Positions 14,670 to 28,306 of a stretch of DNA of 64,000 bases are shown here, piece after piece. The DNA is taken from assembly GCA_964016885.1 (NCBI GenBank), contig OZ024742.1:183830001-183894000 (forward strand). Reading direction: 5' to 3'. This DNA is from Eledone cirrhosa (Eukaryota). The position numbers and the translations under genes were made by a program. A model generated the notes under the pieces. That model was not told the origin of the DNA, did no database searches, and worked only from the letters and a program-made list of their open reading frames with translations. Within the stretch, counting starts at the first letter, position 1. Every line of letters starts with the position of its first letter.

Positions 14670-14912
14670 CAAATTATTAACCATCTTGTCAACAACAACC
14701 CTGAGCACCTTTTTGAATTCCATGTGTCTAACACACGTGGGCATGCCTACAAAGTTAGAAAACAGCACAGCTCGCATGACTTTCGAAAAGATGTTTTTAC
14801 GCTCGGGGTTGCTGAATCATGGAACAAACTACCTACATCAGTTGTTAGCTGCCGAGACACTGCATCCTTTAAAACCTCCATGCTTCCTGAAATTCGCCAA
14901 CACTACACCTGA
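14670..14912 (+). pseudogene. CR1-clade LINE ORF2 C-terminal fragment
   Basis: TRGHAYKVRKQHSSHDFRKDVFTLGVAESWNKLPTSVVSCRDTASFKTSM matches the CR1 C-terminus pattern TRGH..K...R..FF..RV...WN.LP..VV....SFK. Confidence 0.85.
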
Positions 14913-14984
14913 TATCCCCCTCCATATATGCGCACACATGTATATCATGACTCGTACACTGTTCACTTTCCTGACATTTGTACG

Positions 14985-15121
14985 TTACGTCCCTTTACGA
15001 TCTGAGTTCAAATCCCGCCGAGGTTGACTTTGCCTTTCATCCCTACGGGGTCGATAAAATAAAGTACCAGTAATGCACTGGGTATTTTGCTGGCCTTGTG
15101 CCTAAAGTAGAAACAATTATT
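14985..15121 (+). mobile_element. SINE A inserted in the putative CR1 3' UTR
   Basis: Family A consensus match. Confidence 0.85.
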
Positions 15122-16119
15122 CTATGTACTATACATGCACCTTTGGTGAGTTGTAGTGCACCTGAGCACTGTACACAATAATTTATTCCATAGGCGAGAC
15201 TCAAAATCAGCGTATCCTTTCTCCCAGTTATACACCTCATTCTCCAAAACAAAATAATTTCAACTTACAATTCGGTAAGCTGACGAACCTAGATTTTGAT
15301 GGTTCCAGCTCTGGGAACACTTAAGACATTTACTAATCCTGCATTTTCCACTACACATTCCGCATTCATCGCCGCAAAATCATGTGACAGGCCATAACAT
15401 CATACGACCCGCTCCACCTAGCTAAGCAATTAATATGAATCACTACCTCGCCACAGACAACTGACGCTGCACACCCGGTCCGAATACAGAAGAGCCGAAC
15501 TCCCACTGTCATCGCCTCCATCTCTCTCGCCCTCTCCATCTCTCTGTATTAATTATAAGGCAAATATTGATTTCCAATTCAGGAACAGTGCCAATAAATT
15601 TGGTGAGGGGAAAACATTGATTAAACCAATCCCAGTACTTGACTGGTAATTTATTTTATCGACCTCGGAAGGGTGAATGTCAAAGTTGATCTCGATGGGA
15701 TTTGAACTCAGAATGTAAAGGACCAGGACAGAAACCAATTCTGCCTATTCACACATACTGCTACACCCTTATACCCCTTTGAATATGGAGCTTGTCACTG
15801 AAAACTAAAGAATCACTCACCAAATTTATATCCATGCCTCTGTTGATAGCTGTGAGTTATTACTTTAGTTTGTTTACAAATACGGTGTGGGTTTAACATG
15901 TGTTATATAATGAAATCATAAACTTCTCTTAAGTTTATTCTTAAAAGTAATAGGCATAAGATCCCCCTGAGTGTGTTTTACAAACAAGTTTTTCTCTCAC
16001 TTATTCCTGAGAGGGTTACGAGGTCAGTGTCCTTAGATACGCCTTCCTGCGGGTCCTATTAGAAGCAACCATTTCTAATTGATCCAGTTGGATCTTCAAG
16101 CGAGACCTACCGAGCGCAT

Positions 16120-16448
16120 GGATGTTATTCTAAAAGCTATTAACAAGGTCAAATAAAATCATTCTAAAAGTGGCAAACATAAAAAGAATATTTTATTAGA
16201 CTCTATCCAAGCGAGAAAATTACAATATTTTAGATATTTAATAAGAAAAATGGTTCACAGGACTGTTTTTTTTTTTAAAGGGGGTAAAAGTGAATGGAGA
16301 GAAATGGAGAGAAAAACCAAGAATTGCGTGGATGGATAATACTGAGAATTGGACAGACTTAAAACACAATGTATGTTTAGAGGCAACACAAGAAAGATTG
16401 AGATGGCTTTCTATAGTATTGAACCTGCCGAGAGCAAATGATAGCTGA
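16120..16448 (+). pseudogene. RTE-clade LINE C-terminal fragment
   Basis: ILLDSIQARKLQYFRYLIRKN...VNGEKWREKPRIAWMDNTENWTDLKHNVCLEATQERLRWLSIVLNLPRANDS* resembles the RTE pattern RKLxYFGH...GKRxRGRPRxxWxDxIxxW. Confidence 0.75.
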
Positions 16449-16768
16449 GCACATTGATATTAAATATGCGAGACATGATCTATGAACTATGTAATCGTTC
16501 TTTTGAGGTATTTTCCATCAATTATATTTTTGATATCTGTTTGTAGCTTGGAGAGATGAGTACAAATTAGGAGGGAAGTTGTACAAGTCGAGGTGTATGT
16601 GGTCGGGAATTTTGCGAATTTGCATCATTTGGCTGGGTATGTTCAGCCGGCTGAAGATTTTTCCAGATCGAATGTCCACCAGGGACGACAGTTAGATGGT
16701 TTCTCAGACTTTCTAATGAAGAGTATCTTTCAGATGATCAATGTCTACATTCTATTAGAATATGGAGT

Positions 16769-16895
16769 AGTTCTATCAGTAATAATTGTTTCTACTTTTG
16801 GCACAAGGCCAGCAATTACCCAATGCATTACTGGTACTTTATTCTATCGACCCCGGAAGGATGAAAGGCAAAGTTAAAGTTCTATCAGTAATAAT
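16769..16895 (-). mobile_element. 5'-truncated SINE A with an 18-bp target site duplication
   Basis: agttctatcagtaataat on both sides (16769-16786 and 16878-16895). Confidence 0.9.
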
Positions 16896-17145
16896 ACTTT
16901 CAGTTGGGTGATTTTGTTCTGGGTTCCTGGGTTTTGATTTGGGAAAAAGAACATCGTGACTTCTATTTCTACCTCATAATTATATAGAAAGAGCTAACCA
17001 GCAAGAATCAATATTAAAGTTTTTAGTTATACCCGGCGGTCCAATCCTGATATATATATATATAGTAGTAATAAATGTAAAGATCACGATACGGGTGAAA
17101 GCAGCGATTCTTTGCTTAAACTTTAATCTGTTCTTATTATAAATG

Positions 17146-17185
<40 letters not shown>

Positions 17186-17388
17186 CGCGTGAGCATCCCA
17201 AACGCAGACAATAACTGTAATAGCGTCTGTCCTCTTTTATCCAATTTTCGCAACTATTATCATTAGTGATCGACTATTATTACAGTTACTTTTTGTATTT
17301 ATGACGCTCACATTTTCAAAATTCAAACACTTCATGCGTTTCTATAATTTATAATACACATACAGATACATACACACACACACGCGCG

Positions 17389-17455
<67 letters not shown>

Positions 17456-18478
17456 CAGCAGAAAATGCACGCAGACAAATAATTTCATAAGACGAGGAGA
17501 CTACTACATCTCTTCCTAGTCAACCACCTTGTTTGTATGCAATTTTGCGCTTTAGGGCAGTATTGCATTTGTATATATCCATAGGTTACAAGAATCAAGA
17601 GGGAGTGGGGAGAAAAGCATACCAACAGCATTTCCCAGTAATTCCCACCCTTGCACGATCTGTAGACTTGCTTACAAATCCTTGGCAGGACTAAAATATT
17701 ATAAAGTTCAACTGAATGAACTAAATCGGTTGTTTGGATCCCCATATGTCGTAATCGACAGGAGAGTCCGTCATATATACCACAGGCTTCTTTACGGCTT
17801 TCGTCTACCAAATTATTCGCTCACACTGAAGACATTTACCCAATGTACCGTACAAGGTTGTGACGTGAATTCCTTAGCTTCACACAGTCATACCTGCGCC
17901 TATTAAAGCTTTTTAATAAGAAATAACACTAAAAAAAAAAACCTATTACATGGTCACCAATGTGAAATATCATTAAACCATTGAATATTTGTAGTTCTAT
18001 GGTTCATCTTGACCCTGGTCACCACCAGAATGAAAAGTCATTTCAAAGGAATATATTAATCAATAAAACCTTTTTCTGTGTCACGTCTCGTATAATAGGG
18101 TTAGCAGGATACTTAAATGGATTATAATTACTCTTCCTGCATTGTTGTTTAGTTGTTAGACTGGCTGTTGACTGTTTCGTAAAAATAGGTGGCCATAATT
18201 ACATTTGTCAAATGTATGCCTGTATGTTTAAAGAGTTCGCTTCACAAACACGTGGTACTTGGTTCAATTCCACTGTGTAGTAGCTTCGGGTTTACCTTGT
18301 GAGTGAAATTAGGCAGACAGAAACTGAAGAAGCCCATATCTTTTTTTTTTTTTTTTTACTTCAAATCTTGTAATTATTTTATTGATCGCTTATTTGTCGA
18401 ACTACTTAAGTTATGGAATATAAGCGCAGACAACAGACACAAATATAAATACATGTATTCAACTTCATACACACGAAC

Positions 18479-18510
<32 letters not shown>

Positions 18511-18624
18511 TTATGGTCAACTCAAGGCTATAGTAGTAGACATTTTCCCAAGATGCTGCGCAGCCGGGCTGTGGTCGTGAAGTGAATTCTTAAATTCCAT
18601 AGCCACACATCTATGGTTGAAACA

Positions 18625-18814
18625 AATAATTGTTTCTACGTTTAGCACAAGGCCAGCAAATGCCCAGTGCATTACTGGTACTTTATTTTATCGACCCTGT
18701 AAGGATGAAAGGCAAAGTTATCCTCGGCGGGATTTGAACTCAGAATGGCAAGGACCGTAACTCTATACATCAAAGCATGGCGTCCGACCCTCTACCAATA
18801 CTGTTAATCCACCG
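18625..18814 (-). mobile_element. SINE A, near full length, with TSD gaaacaaataat
   Basis: Consensus match; direct repeat on both flanks. Confidence 0.9.
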
Positions 18815-18929
18815 AAACAAATAATATAACTTTTAAAGAGGTGATTAGGCTGAGACTAGAGGCTCCAATGGTTAAAAACAATACTATATATAAATACATA
18901 TACATACATATACACATTAAATATATATA

Positions 18930-19043
18930 CAGGGTGTCCCAAAAAATGAATATACACTTCAACAGCATTCTAATAAATAATGCCTGTACAGATAATCAAA
19001 GTGTTTATACGGGGTTTTTTTTGGGGGGGGGGGGGGCACCCTA
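18930..19043. mobile_element. Tc1/mariner-type MITE (CAGGGTGTCCC ends, TA flanks)
   Basis: TA-cagggtgtcccaaaaaa ... ggggcaccct; related copy in the opposite orientation at 37094-37174. Confidence 0.7.
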
Positions 19044-19052
19044 TATATATAT

Positions 19053-19550
19053 GGTCTGAGTTCAAATCGCGCCTAGGTTAACTCTGGCTTCCATCCTTAA
19101 GGGGTCGATAAAATAAAGTACCAGTAATGTACTGGATAATTGCTGGCCTTGTGCCAAAAGTAGAAACAATTATTATTAAGTGCGGTTGATTGGCAGTATT
19201 GGTAGAGAACATTCTGCTTTGCAGCATAGAGTTACGGCCTTTTACGTTCTGAGTTCAAATCTCGCTTAGGTTAACGTTGCATTTTATCCTTACAAGGTCG
19301 ATAAAATAAAGTACCAGTAATGCACTGGAATACTTTCTGGCCTTGTGCCAAAAGTAGAAACAATTATTTGGCAGTATCGGTAGAGAGTCGGGCGCCATGC
19401 TTTCCAGCATAGTTACGTCCCTTTACGGTCTGAGTTCAAATCCCGCCGAGGTTAACTTTGCCTTTCATCCTTATGGGGTCGATAAAATAAAGTACCAGTA
19501 ATGTACTGAGTAATTGATGGCCTTGTGCCAAAAGTAGAAACAATTATTAT
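19053..19550 (+). mobile_element. Head-to-tail array of three SINE A copies
   Basis: Three consecutive consensus matches, each ending in aaagtagaaacaattatt. Confidence 0.9.
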
Positions 19551-20296
19551 TTTAATGCCATGCTGATAATTCTATTTGATAATTTGTTGTATTAATTAAA
19601 AATACTGTGTCAGGGTCAAACTGTCAGCTGTAATGGGGTGAGAGATTGAAGTGTCACAGTTAGCATGAAATACCTGAAAGCCTGCGGGTAAGATAATGTG
19701 ATGGTGGTAGTTGTTGTGGTAGTGGTGGTGGTAGTGTTAGTGGTAGTATGCTTACTTTAAGCACTCTCTGAACTTACAATATACACTCAACAAACTATAT
19801 ATGCGCGGTCTGAAACATTGTTATATAACACCCACCCCACAGAAGAATATACCAGCGATGTGGATCTGGAAATACTCCAAATCAAAGTCAAACACCCCCA
19901 CCCCCACCCTCCTGCCCTCTCTCTCTTTTTCTTTCGTTAAACACACACACTAACACGTTTACACACATGCATATAAATGTGTGTGCGTAGTGTGTAAGGG
20001 GTTTTTTTTTTGTTTAAGCGCACTCTTCTTTCATTTGCATAGACGAATATGTGTATATATATATATATATATTTGTTTGTGTGTGTGCATGTGTGTGTGT
20101 ATATGTGTGCATGTGTGTGAGCATGTGTGTGTGTCTGTGTGTTATGTATGGGGGTGTGGGGTAGCTTTACTTTCAAACATGTTATATTTAAAATGTAATT
20201 CTACTCCAGTTTTATAATTTTTATTAAGGATTTTTCATATGTTCCGTTGTTTATGCTTAGTTTGGAACAGTAGCGTTCCTAAACCCTATATATGTT

Positions 20297-20448
20297 AGAT
20301 ATAGAAATGACTTCTACAGAACTGGGACTGTTTCATTTGTATGAAATGAAACAGATTTATATATGATATAGAGGCCTTTACTGTACTAATGTATTGAGTA
20401 CCGTTTTGACTGTGGTTACCCCTTGACACAACTTGGGAACCTACATAC
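20297..20448 (+). mobile_element. Family H2 fold-back element, decayed
   Basis: ctgtttcattt gtatg aaatgaaacag hairpin plus tail gtattgagtaccg..actgtggttacccc. Confidence 0.7.
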
Positions 20449-20519
20449 ATATTATATATATTTATATATATATATATAACTGTGTATAATTGCCTCTTGG
20501 GTTTTGTTCGTTCATTTTC

Positions 20520-20562
<43 letters not shown>

Positions 20563-20582
20563 CATACATATATATTTACTAC

Positions 20583-20723
20583 AGAAATGGCTTCTACAGG
20601 ACTAGAAATGTTTCATTCGAATGAAACAGTTCTAGTCCTGTAGAAGCCATTTCTACATTAAATATGTATACATTGCTATGCATTGAGTACCTTACTTACT
20701 GTGGTTACCCCCGATTGAACCCG

Positions 20724-20724
<1 letters not shown>
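20583..20724 (+). mobile_element. Family H2 fold-back element turning at stem II
   Basis: agaaatggcttctacaggactagaaatgtttcattc|gaatgaaacagttctagtcctgtagaagccatttct; the right arm is the hammerhead 3' half GAAACAG-loop-CTGTA. Confidence 0.85.
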
Positions 20725-20776
<52 letters not shown>

Positions 20777-20792
20777 TCTTAATGGTAGGTGT

Positions 20793-21110
20793 GTTGCTTT
20801 ATAGGGTTACGCGTAACAGCAAACCTTTACTGTTTGTAGACTTAATTGTTTCTACTTTAGGCACAAGGCCAGCAAGTACCCAGTGTATGACTGGTACTTT
20901 ATTTTATCGACCCCGTAAGGATGAAAGGCAAAGTCAACCTCGGCGGGATTTGACTTTGCCTTTCATCCTTACGGGGTCGATAAAATAAAGTACCAGTAAT
21001 GTACTGGGTAATTGCTGGCCTTGTGCCTAAAGTAGAAACAATTAAGTCTACAAACAGTAAAGGTTTGCTGTTACGCGTAATCCTATAAACCAACTGTTTG
21101 TAGACTTAAT
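20793..21110. mobile_element. SINE A insertion with a fold-back palindrome that includes flanking DNA, plus TSD
   Basis: 145-bp arms at 20793-20937 and 20950-21094; actgtttgtagacttaat duplicated at 20829-20846 and 21093-21110. Confidence 0.9.
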
Positions 21111-21630
21111 AAAGGTAGTATAGAGTTATAAATTTATTGTCTAATATTAACTGGCACTGGGAACCGAGAGAATGAATTAACTACCGAAAGTGAAACGCCA
21201 ATCCACATACATTCCACACACACACATACACATTCTCTCTCTATCTCTCTCTAATGCACCTCCGTCGCTTTCAATGATGACTGTTTCAGTTGTTCGATTA
21301 ATGGAACTGCCTGCTCATGTAATTAATATGCAATTGGCTTACATTCCACTAACTTTAACGTAATTCTCGAGGAAATTCAGCATGACACAGTGTGTAACAA
21401 GGCTGTTTCTTTTTAATTAGAAGTACTGACAATCTGATGGGCTTCCAAATAGTTTCAGTCCACCCAATTTCTCTCACAAATATTAGGTCGACCAAAATGA
21501 AATTTGCTTAAGATTTCACGGACGTGTGTGAGTGAGTAAGCGTGTGAATTGGGGGGGGGGGGGGTGTATGTGTGTATGCATGTGTGTATGTCTGATTCTA
21601 AGTCTGTGTGTGTATGTGTGTGTATGTATG

Positions 21631-21695
<65 letters not shown>

Positions 21696-22009
21696 GCAAT
21701 GACAATAAAACTTTTAAACATTTTAGTTATCTGATATATCTAAACAAATTCTTAATATTTCTCAAGTCTTGTTTAAATGGCAGCGATGTCAAAAACCCTT
21801 CATTGAAACAAGACAGAGTACATATTAAAATAGTAAATATTTAATATTAACAAATATTCAATTATAAATGAATGCTTCACATCCATTTCATAACGTGTTA
21901 TATTATATATATAGCGAAACAATTGCCATGTGCAATAAAGTTTGTTTATGGTGCAATCTTGACTTCGTTCCTGCTTACTTCTATTTACACGTTACAGCCG
22001 TCATAACCA

Positions 22010-22070
22010 TGGAGTACACTGAAGTATAAAACCCTACACGAAACGGAACCGCGTAACACCATTGAGTACT
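22010..22070 (+). ncRNA. Degenerate hammerhead-like motif
   Basis: tggagt..CTGAA gtata-aaaccc-tacac GAAAC ggaaccgc GTA acacca then ttgagtact; the core appears to lack 2 nt. Confidence 0.35.
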
Positions 22071-22120
22071 TGAACCGCCAGTAACTAGAGTTACACAATA
22101 TCTACTATATATATATATAT

Positions 22121-22255
22121 AGAAAAATGTTTAACCCCGACGGCTTGAGCTCCGCCGTCGGGGTTAAACATCTTCCTATTACCCACTCTACTACCTTAAG
22201 TATTGAGTACTCTGGTGCGTTATGGTCCATCTGGTTCCCTACCACACTTCCTTCG

Positions 22256-22257
<2 letters not shown>
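22121..22257 (+). mobile_element. Family H1 element folding back at stem III
   Basis: atgtttaaccccgacggc-ttgagctcc-gccgtcggggttaaacat plus the H1 tail. Confidence 0.85.
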
Positions 22258-22320
<63 letters not shown>

Positions 22321-22511
22321 GAGTAAAAAGTAAGTAAGCTAATCAGGAGGAGAGAAAATTGATTATATTGCAGATTACTAGCCAGTAGAGAGAAGGTTAA
22401 TGTGCTCAATGCATATACATTGCTAGACTAGTGAGCCATGCGATTACATGGAACGAGTGATAGATTAACAATCGTATTATAAGCAGAGCATGTTTGTTCT
22501 CTCCAGCATTT

Positions 22512-22542
<31 letters not shown>

Positions 22543-22546
<4 letters not shown>

Positions 22547-22638
22547 GTTTCTACTTTTGGCACAAGGCCAGCAATTATCCCAGTGTATTACTGGTACTTT
22601 ATTTTATCGACCCCGTAAGGATGAAAGGCAAAGTTAAC
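22543..22638 (-). mobile_element. 5'-truncated SINE A within (TA)n
   Basis: Consensus match. Confidence 0.85.
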
Positions 22639-22893
22639 TATATATATATATATAATGAATGAATATCCAAAATGAGAAAGTTTTAAAATTTGTTCTTCTA
22701 ACTTGATTCTGCAAGAATAAGTTGTAAGCATTAATAAAGGACAGACATAATAATGATGAAAATCCTCGCTCAAGTTCCATCATTAATATGCGCCTATATA
22801 TTATAATCTGAGGCGCAATGATTCGAGGATTCGGTATTAAACATAAATATTATATATATATGTGCAACCATGCAGTATTCTTCTCCCCTTGTT

Positions 22894-22964
<71 letters not shown>

Positions 22965-22983
22965 TACGCACACACACACACAC

Positions 22984-23053
<70 letters not shown>

Positions 23054-23410
23054 ACACACACACACACACCCTGGTCGGAACAATTCTTTGTTTTTTTATT
23101 TATTGATTGAATGTATATTAAACCGTAATCAATTCGATGTATGTAGCCACGAAGCTAACAACATTAATATATATATATATATATGATATTTGGAATTTGA
23201 AATGTGTACGCCTCAAAGCAAATGATCATAATAGTCAAACACTACAACTAATAGGCGAGAAAAATGGGGGTAGTGTAGCCCTGGACACAGGAGAAATGGA
23301 TAGAGACGCCTGTACGAGGTACTTTATACGATTTTCTTAACTGTCATTTATAATGTTCGACTATTTTTATGGTCATTTGCTTTGAGACGCAAATTTTCTC
23401 ATTGTTTCTG

Positions 23411-23511
<101 letters not shown>

Positions 23512-23543
23512 CCCCCCCTCACACACACACACACATATATATA

Positions 23544-23742
23544 CAGGGTGGGCCTTAAGCCACGCGCACCAAAGCATTAAAAACAATTTAGTTAGTATAC
23601 ATATATATTGTATTGAATTAATAACAAAAACTATATTGAAATAACAAAGGTATCATCTGTGATTTTAAGGTATGGGTGAGTCCAAGAGTTGACATTTTAC
23701 AGGACAGCTCACACTTTTGATGCGCGAATTCAGGCCCACCCA

Positions 23743-23743
<1 letters not shown>
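23544..23743. mobile_element. Tc1/mariner-type MITE, 200 bp
   Basis: TA-cagggtgggcct...cgcgcaccaaag and cttttgatgcgcgaattcaggcccacccag-TA form imperfect TIRs. Confidence 0.75.
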
Positions 23744-23824
<81 letters not shown>

Positions 23825-23978
23825 CTCAAAGCGCATCATTTACCTAGAATCGGTAGGTATGAGGGTAAAACATGGACAAGATATCATTTTCGCGTAGTTC
23901 AACCTCAAATCATATAAATTCAGTGAGCCCCGCGTGTTGGACTGGCTATTGCACCGCGTCTGTCCAAGTCCAAGCATA

Positions 23979-24009
<31 letters not shown>

Positions 24010-24067
24010 TATTTTATAGAGGGAGCTTCTACGGGACTAGTACTGTTTCATTCAGAGGAAATCTTCA

Positions 24068-24122
24068 GGAGCTTCCTGAAGATTTCATCTGAATGAAACA
24101 GTACTAGTCCTGTAGAAGCTCC
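24068..24122 (+). ncRNA. Complete type I hammerhead ribozyme motif (family H2) in a fold-back element at about 24002-24208
   Basis: Stem I ggagcttc/gaagctcc, CTGAAGA, stem II ttc-atct-gaa, GAAA, stem III ACAG/CTGT with loop tactagtc, triplet GTA (cleavage predicted after 24114). Confidence 0.85.
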
Positions 24123-24235
24123 TTCTATAAAATAAAAAAATGTTTACTCTGCCATGTATTGAGTACCTTACTTACTGTGGTTATCCCCGACTCAACCCGG
24201 GACCTACGTATATATATATATATATATATATATAT

Positions 24236-24431
24236 AACGAAGGAAGTGTGGTAAGGAACCAGCTGGACCATAACGCACCAGAGTTCTCGATACTTAGGGT
24301 AGTAGTGTGGGTAATAGGAAAATGTTCAAGACCCCGACGGCAGAGCTCAAGCCGTTTCGACGGTTATTTCTGGACCAGAAATGACCATCGAAACGGCTTG
24401 AGCTCTGTCGTCGGGGTCTTGAGCATTTTCC

Positions 24432-24433
<2 letters not shown>
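24236..24433 (-). mobile_element. Family H1 fold-back element
   Basis: Tail plus palindrome centred on tttctgg-a-ccagaaa. Confidence 0.85.
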
Positions 24434-24509
<76 letters not shown>

Positions 24510-24720
24510 GAGGGAGAGAGAAAGAGAGAGAGAGAGAGGGGGGAGGGAGGGAGAGTATGTGTGTATGTGTGTGGGTAAGGGAGACGTTGTTGCCGTCTGC
24601 ATAACATGAGTGAAGGTATTAAAATGGTCATCGTTATTCCTTTACAGTCAGTCTTATTGATATTTTTATGTTGTCAGTTCGGTTGTTATTAGTAACTGAC
24701 TACTACTACTACTGCTACTG

Positions 24721-24755
<35 letters not shown>

Positions 24756-26606
24756 GCTGCTGCTGCTGTTGCTGCTGCTACTGCTGCTGCTGTCGTTGGC
24801 AATGCTTCATCGTAGCATCATTGAGTCTGTGTGTCTGTGTGTATTATCATCAGCTCTCAGTACATCTATGAGAGAAGTCATTACCAGACACGTGTCATCA
24901 GTCAACTGTACTGACTGAATAAGGCCAGCGAGTAGGATAATTACATGAGCATTTTATATTATTTTATATCTCTTACATCATTACTTAAAATCACTGCACG
25001 GATCAAATGTAATCAATCTTATATACGAAACAGTGGTTTGAATCCAACCTTTACTATATTTCTAATGAAATAAACAACCTATGTATTTCAAATTGATTTG
25101 AAATTAATCAAGAATTTCATGAGATTCAGCACTATAACAAACTGTGTAAATTATTATGTTTGTATTTGGAACATAACTTAACAAAGGTTCTTACATAAAA
25201 CCATGAAGGAATGTTTTTAGATAAATATAAACACTTTAAGCCTTGCGTTGCCATATTTCTAATGAAATACACGCCCTAATAATGCAGTCTCGTTATTAAG
25301 CTGGTGTTTGAAACATAACAAAGGTTCTTACAGAAAATCATGATGGAAATATTTTAGATAAATATAAACACTTTAACCCTTCCGTTACAATATTTCTTAT
25401 AAAATACACTACCTTTTCAATTTTGAAAATAACTCAAAATTTAGAGGAATTTAACAAAATACCTAATTTTTCTATTATGATATTTAAGATATTTTTATTA
25501 TGATATTTAAGATATCATTTTAAGATGATATTTAAGATATCATTTTAAACATTTTCTTAAATAAAATATTGACAGATGGATTTAATATAGCGAGTGGTTT
25601 TGTATCATAAATCCAGGGCGGTTGGTATCAAAAGGGTTAATAAGAGCAATGAACCGAGATGATTTTTCCGATAGAAATCTTTATCGGTAGAAAGGAGAGC
25701 TGAAAAGTGATAGTGCTACACAATAACCAAAGTAGACATGTCAGACGGAGAGAGATGATAGCAACAGCAGCAGCAGCAGTAGTAGTACTACATGTATCAA
25801 TAAATGCCGTACATATCAACAGTTGACTCTCCTCTAGCCAGTGTCCAATGTTAACGACAGCTGACAGTCGTAGGACACGTACGTAGTCAAATAATAGCAT
25901 ACATGTTTTAATAGCTTGTTATATATATACCCTTATTTCACAGTGCACACACGTCAACGGATCACACACACACACACACACACACACGCATATTATATAC
26001 ATGTGTGTCTGGTAGTTGCATACACATTGTACATTGCAACTGATTGTTGAAGCAATCTGCCAATTCAACAACATGAATATATGTAAATATATAGCTTGAT
26101 GGTTGTACAACTCTTTGCACATATGTTTAACAGCTTGCATTTTGGGGGTATTTTATCGTGGGTTTAACTATCAACATGTGTTTATAATCGATGCTTGTTT
26201 ATTTAGGGCATTTACAATCAACCTAAAATTGCAGAATGCAACACTTTTGAAACACGTTTCTTCAATAACACATTTGTAATATGTTTATTTCTTCATAATT
26301 TTCTATGTCCAAAGTCGACATTTAATTTGAATAAATATTTCTGTACATAAGATAACGTTTATTGTGATAATTCCGTAACTATATTGTTATAAATGGGTAT
26401 ATATTAATTTGTACATACAATTTATACCTTTTTCTTTTACTTCATTCAGACATTAAAATGGTTTGAAGGAGTTATATTTAGTCGATCATACCGTCCCCAG
26501 TGTTTATTTTTTTAAAGTGTGGTGCATATTTTAGCGGTCTCTTTTTGTCGAACTGCTAGATTATGGGACATAGACACAGACATTTATTTCACATTTTATA
26601 TATATA

Positions 26607-26712
<106 letters not shown>

Positions 26713-26850
26713 TAAAAGTAAACAGAAATAACAACACAATCGGTACAGTATATGGAAGGAATATATTATATACAAAGAATTTTATATAGAAAGAGATATT
26801 CGTTCGCCAGTGTATGTGTGCATATGTAGTGTGGGTGTGCAGTATATGTA

Positions 26851-26884
<34 letters not shown>

Positions 26885-27124
26885 TCTCTCTCTGTATTTG
26901 GAATGATATTTTATATTCTCTATGTTGAAGGACACAAGAATTTTAAACAAGAAATACGGTGGTTAGTTAGTAACAACGAATACAAATGAAGATTGGGTGA
27001 ACTACTGCCAAGGAGGGAAGGTATATATAAATGTACATACATATATATATATATACACACACATGTATACCTTCCTTCCTTTATATATATACACATATAT
27101 ATATACACACACATCTATACCTTC

Positions 27125-27192
<68 letters not shown>

Positions 27193-28035
27193 ACAGTGAG
27201 TGCGCCTTTTAGTAAATTCTGCAGTCAGTCATCATTCCGAAAATTACGTTACTACCACCACTACTATTACTACTACTAATACTGATACTAATACTAATAC
27301 TAATACTATTACCATATAACTTACTCGACGAGACGAAAGGTATTGCTGCTGATCTTTACTATTACTATTACTACTACTACTACTACTACCACCACTAATG
27401 TTGCAGCTAGCAGGCGGCGGTGATGGCGGCAGCTATAGTGGTGGTGGTGGTGGTAGTGGTGAATGCAATAGTGGACGGACGGAATTAGTGGTAGTTTATA
27501 GCGCTGTGATAGGTAGGTGTGTTTGTGGAGGGGGGTTTATTTTTAATGGTGGCTGTTTATTGGGACACAGAAATGGCACCTATGACGTCAATTATAATCT
27601 TAAAAAGCCCGAGTCATTTCAAATACAATGTATTTTTTTTATGAACACAAAAACCACGTGACCTATTTCAGCTTAATAGCTATTGCTACTCAGTTAGTTT
27701 GCCGTGATAAAATATAGATAAACCGTTTATCTTCACAACGTTGACTTAGTAGCGGCAACAGCAATACCATCAACATCACCATCACCACTAGCAACAGCAG
27801 CAGTGTTGTTGTTGGTGGTGGTGGTGGTGGTGGTGGTGGTGGTGGTGATGGAGTTGGTGGCGGTGTGGTGATTAATAGCAGTAATCTCTCTATATATTCC
27901 TTTCATTCTCTCTCTCTCCACCCTGCTCTTTCTCACCCCCCCTCTCTCTCTTTCTCTCTCTCTCCACCCTGCTCTTTCTCACCCCCCCTCTCTCACCACC
28001 CCGCTCTTTCTCACTCCCCCTCTCTCTCACTCACT

Positions 28036-28083
<48 letters not shown>

Positions 28084-28194
28084 AATATATAAATATATAT
28101 AAATATACATACATACATAACATATATATAAATATACATACAAATAAATACACATACATCCATATATATATATATATATAAATGAAAGGTATAG

Positions 28195-28244
<50 letters not shown>

Positions 28245-28273
28245 CGTTATATATATATATATATATACCTTCG

Positions 28274-28306
<33 letters not shown>

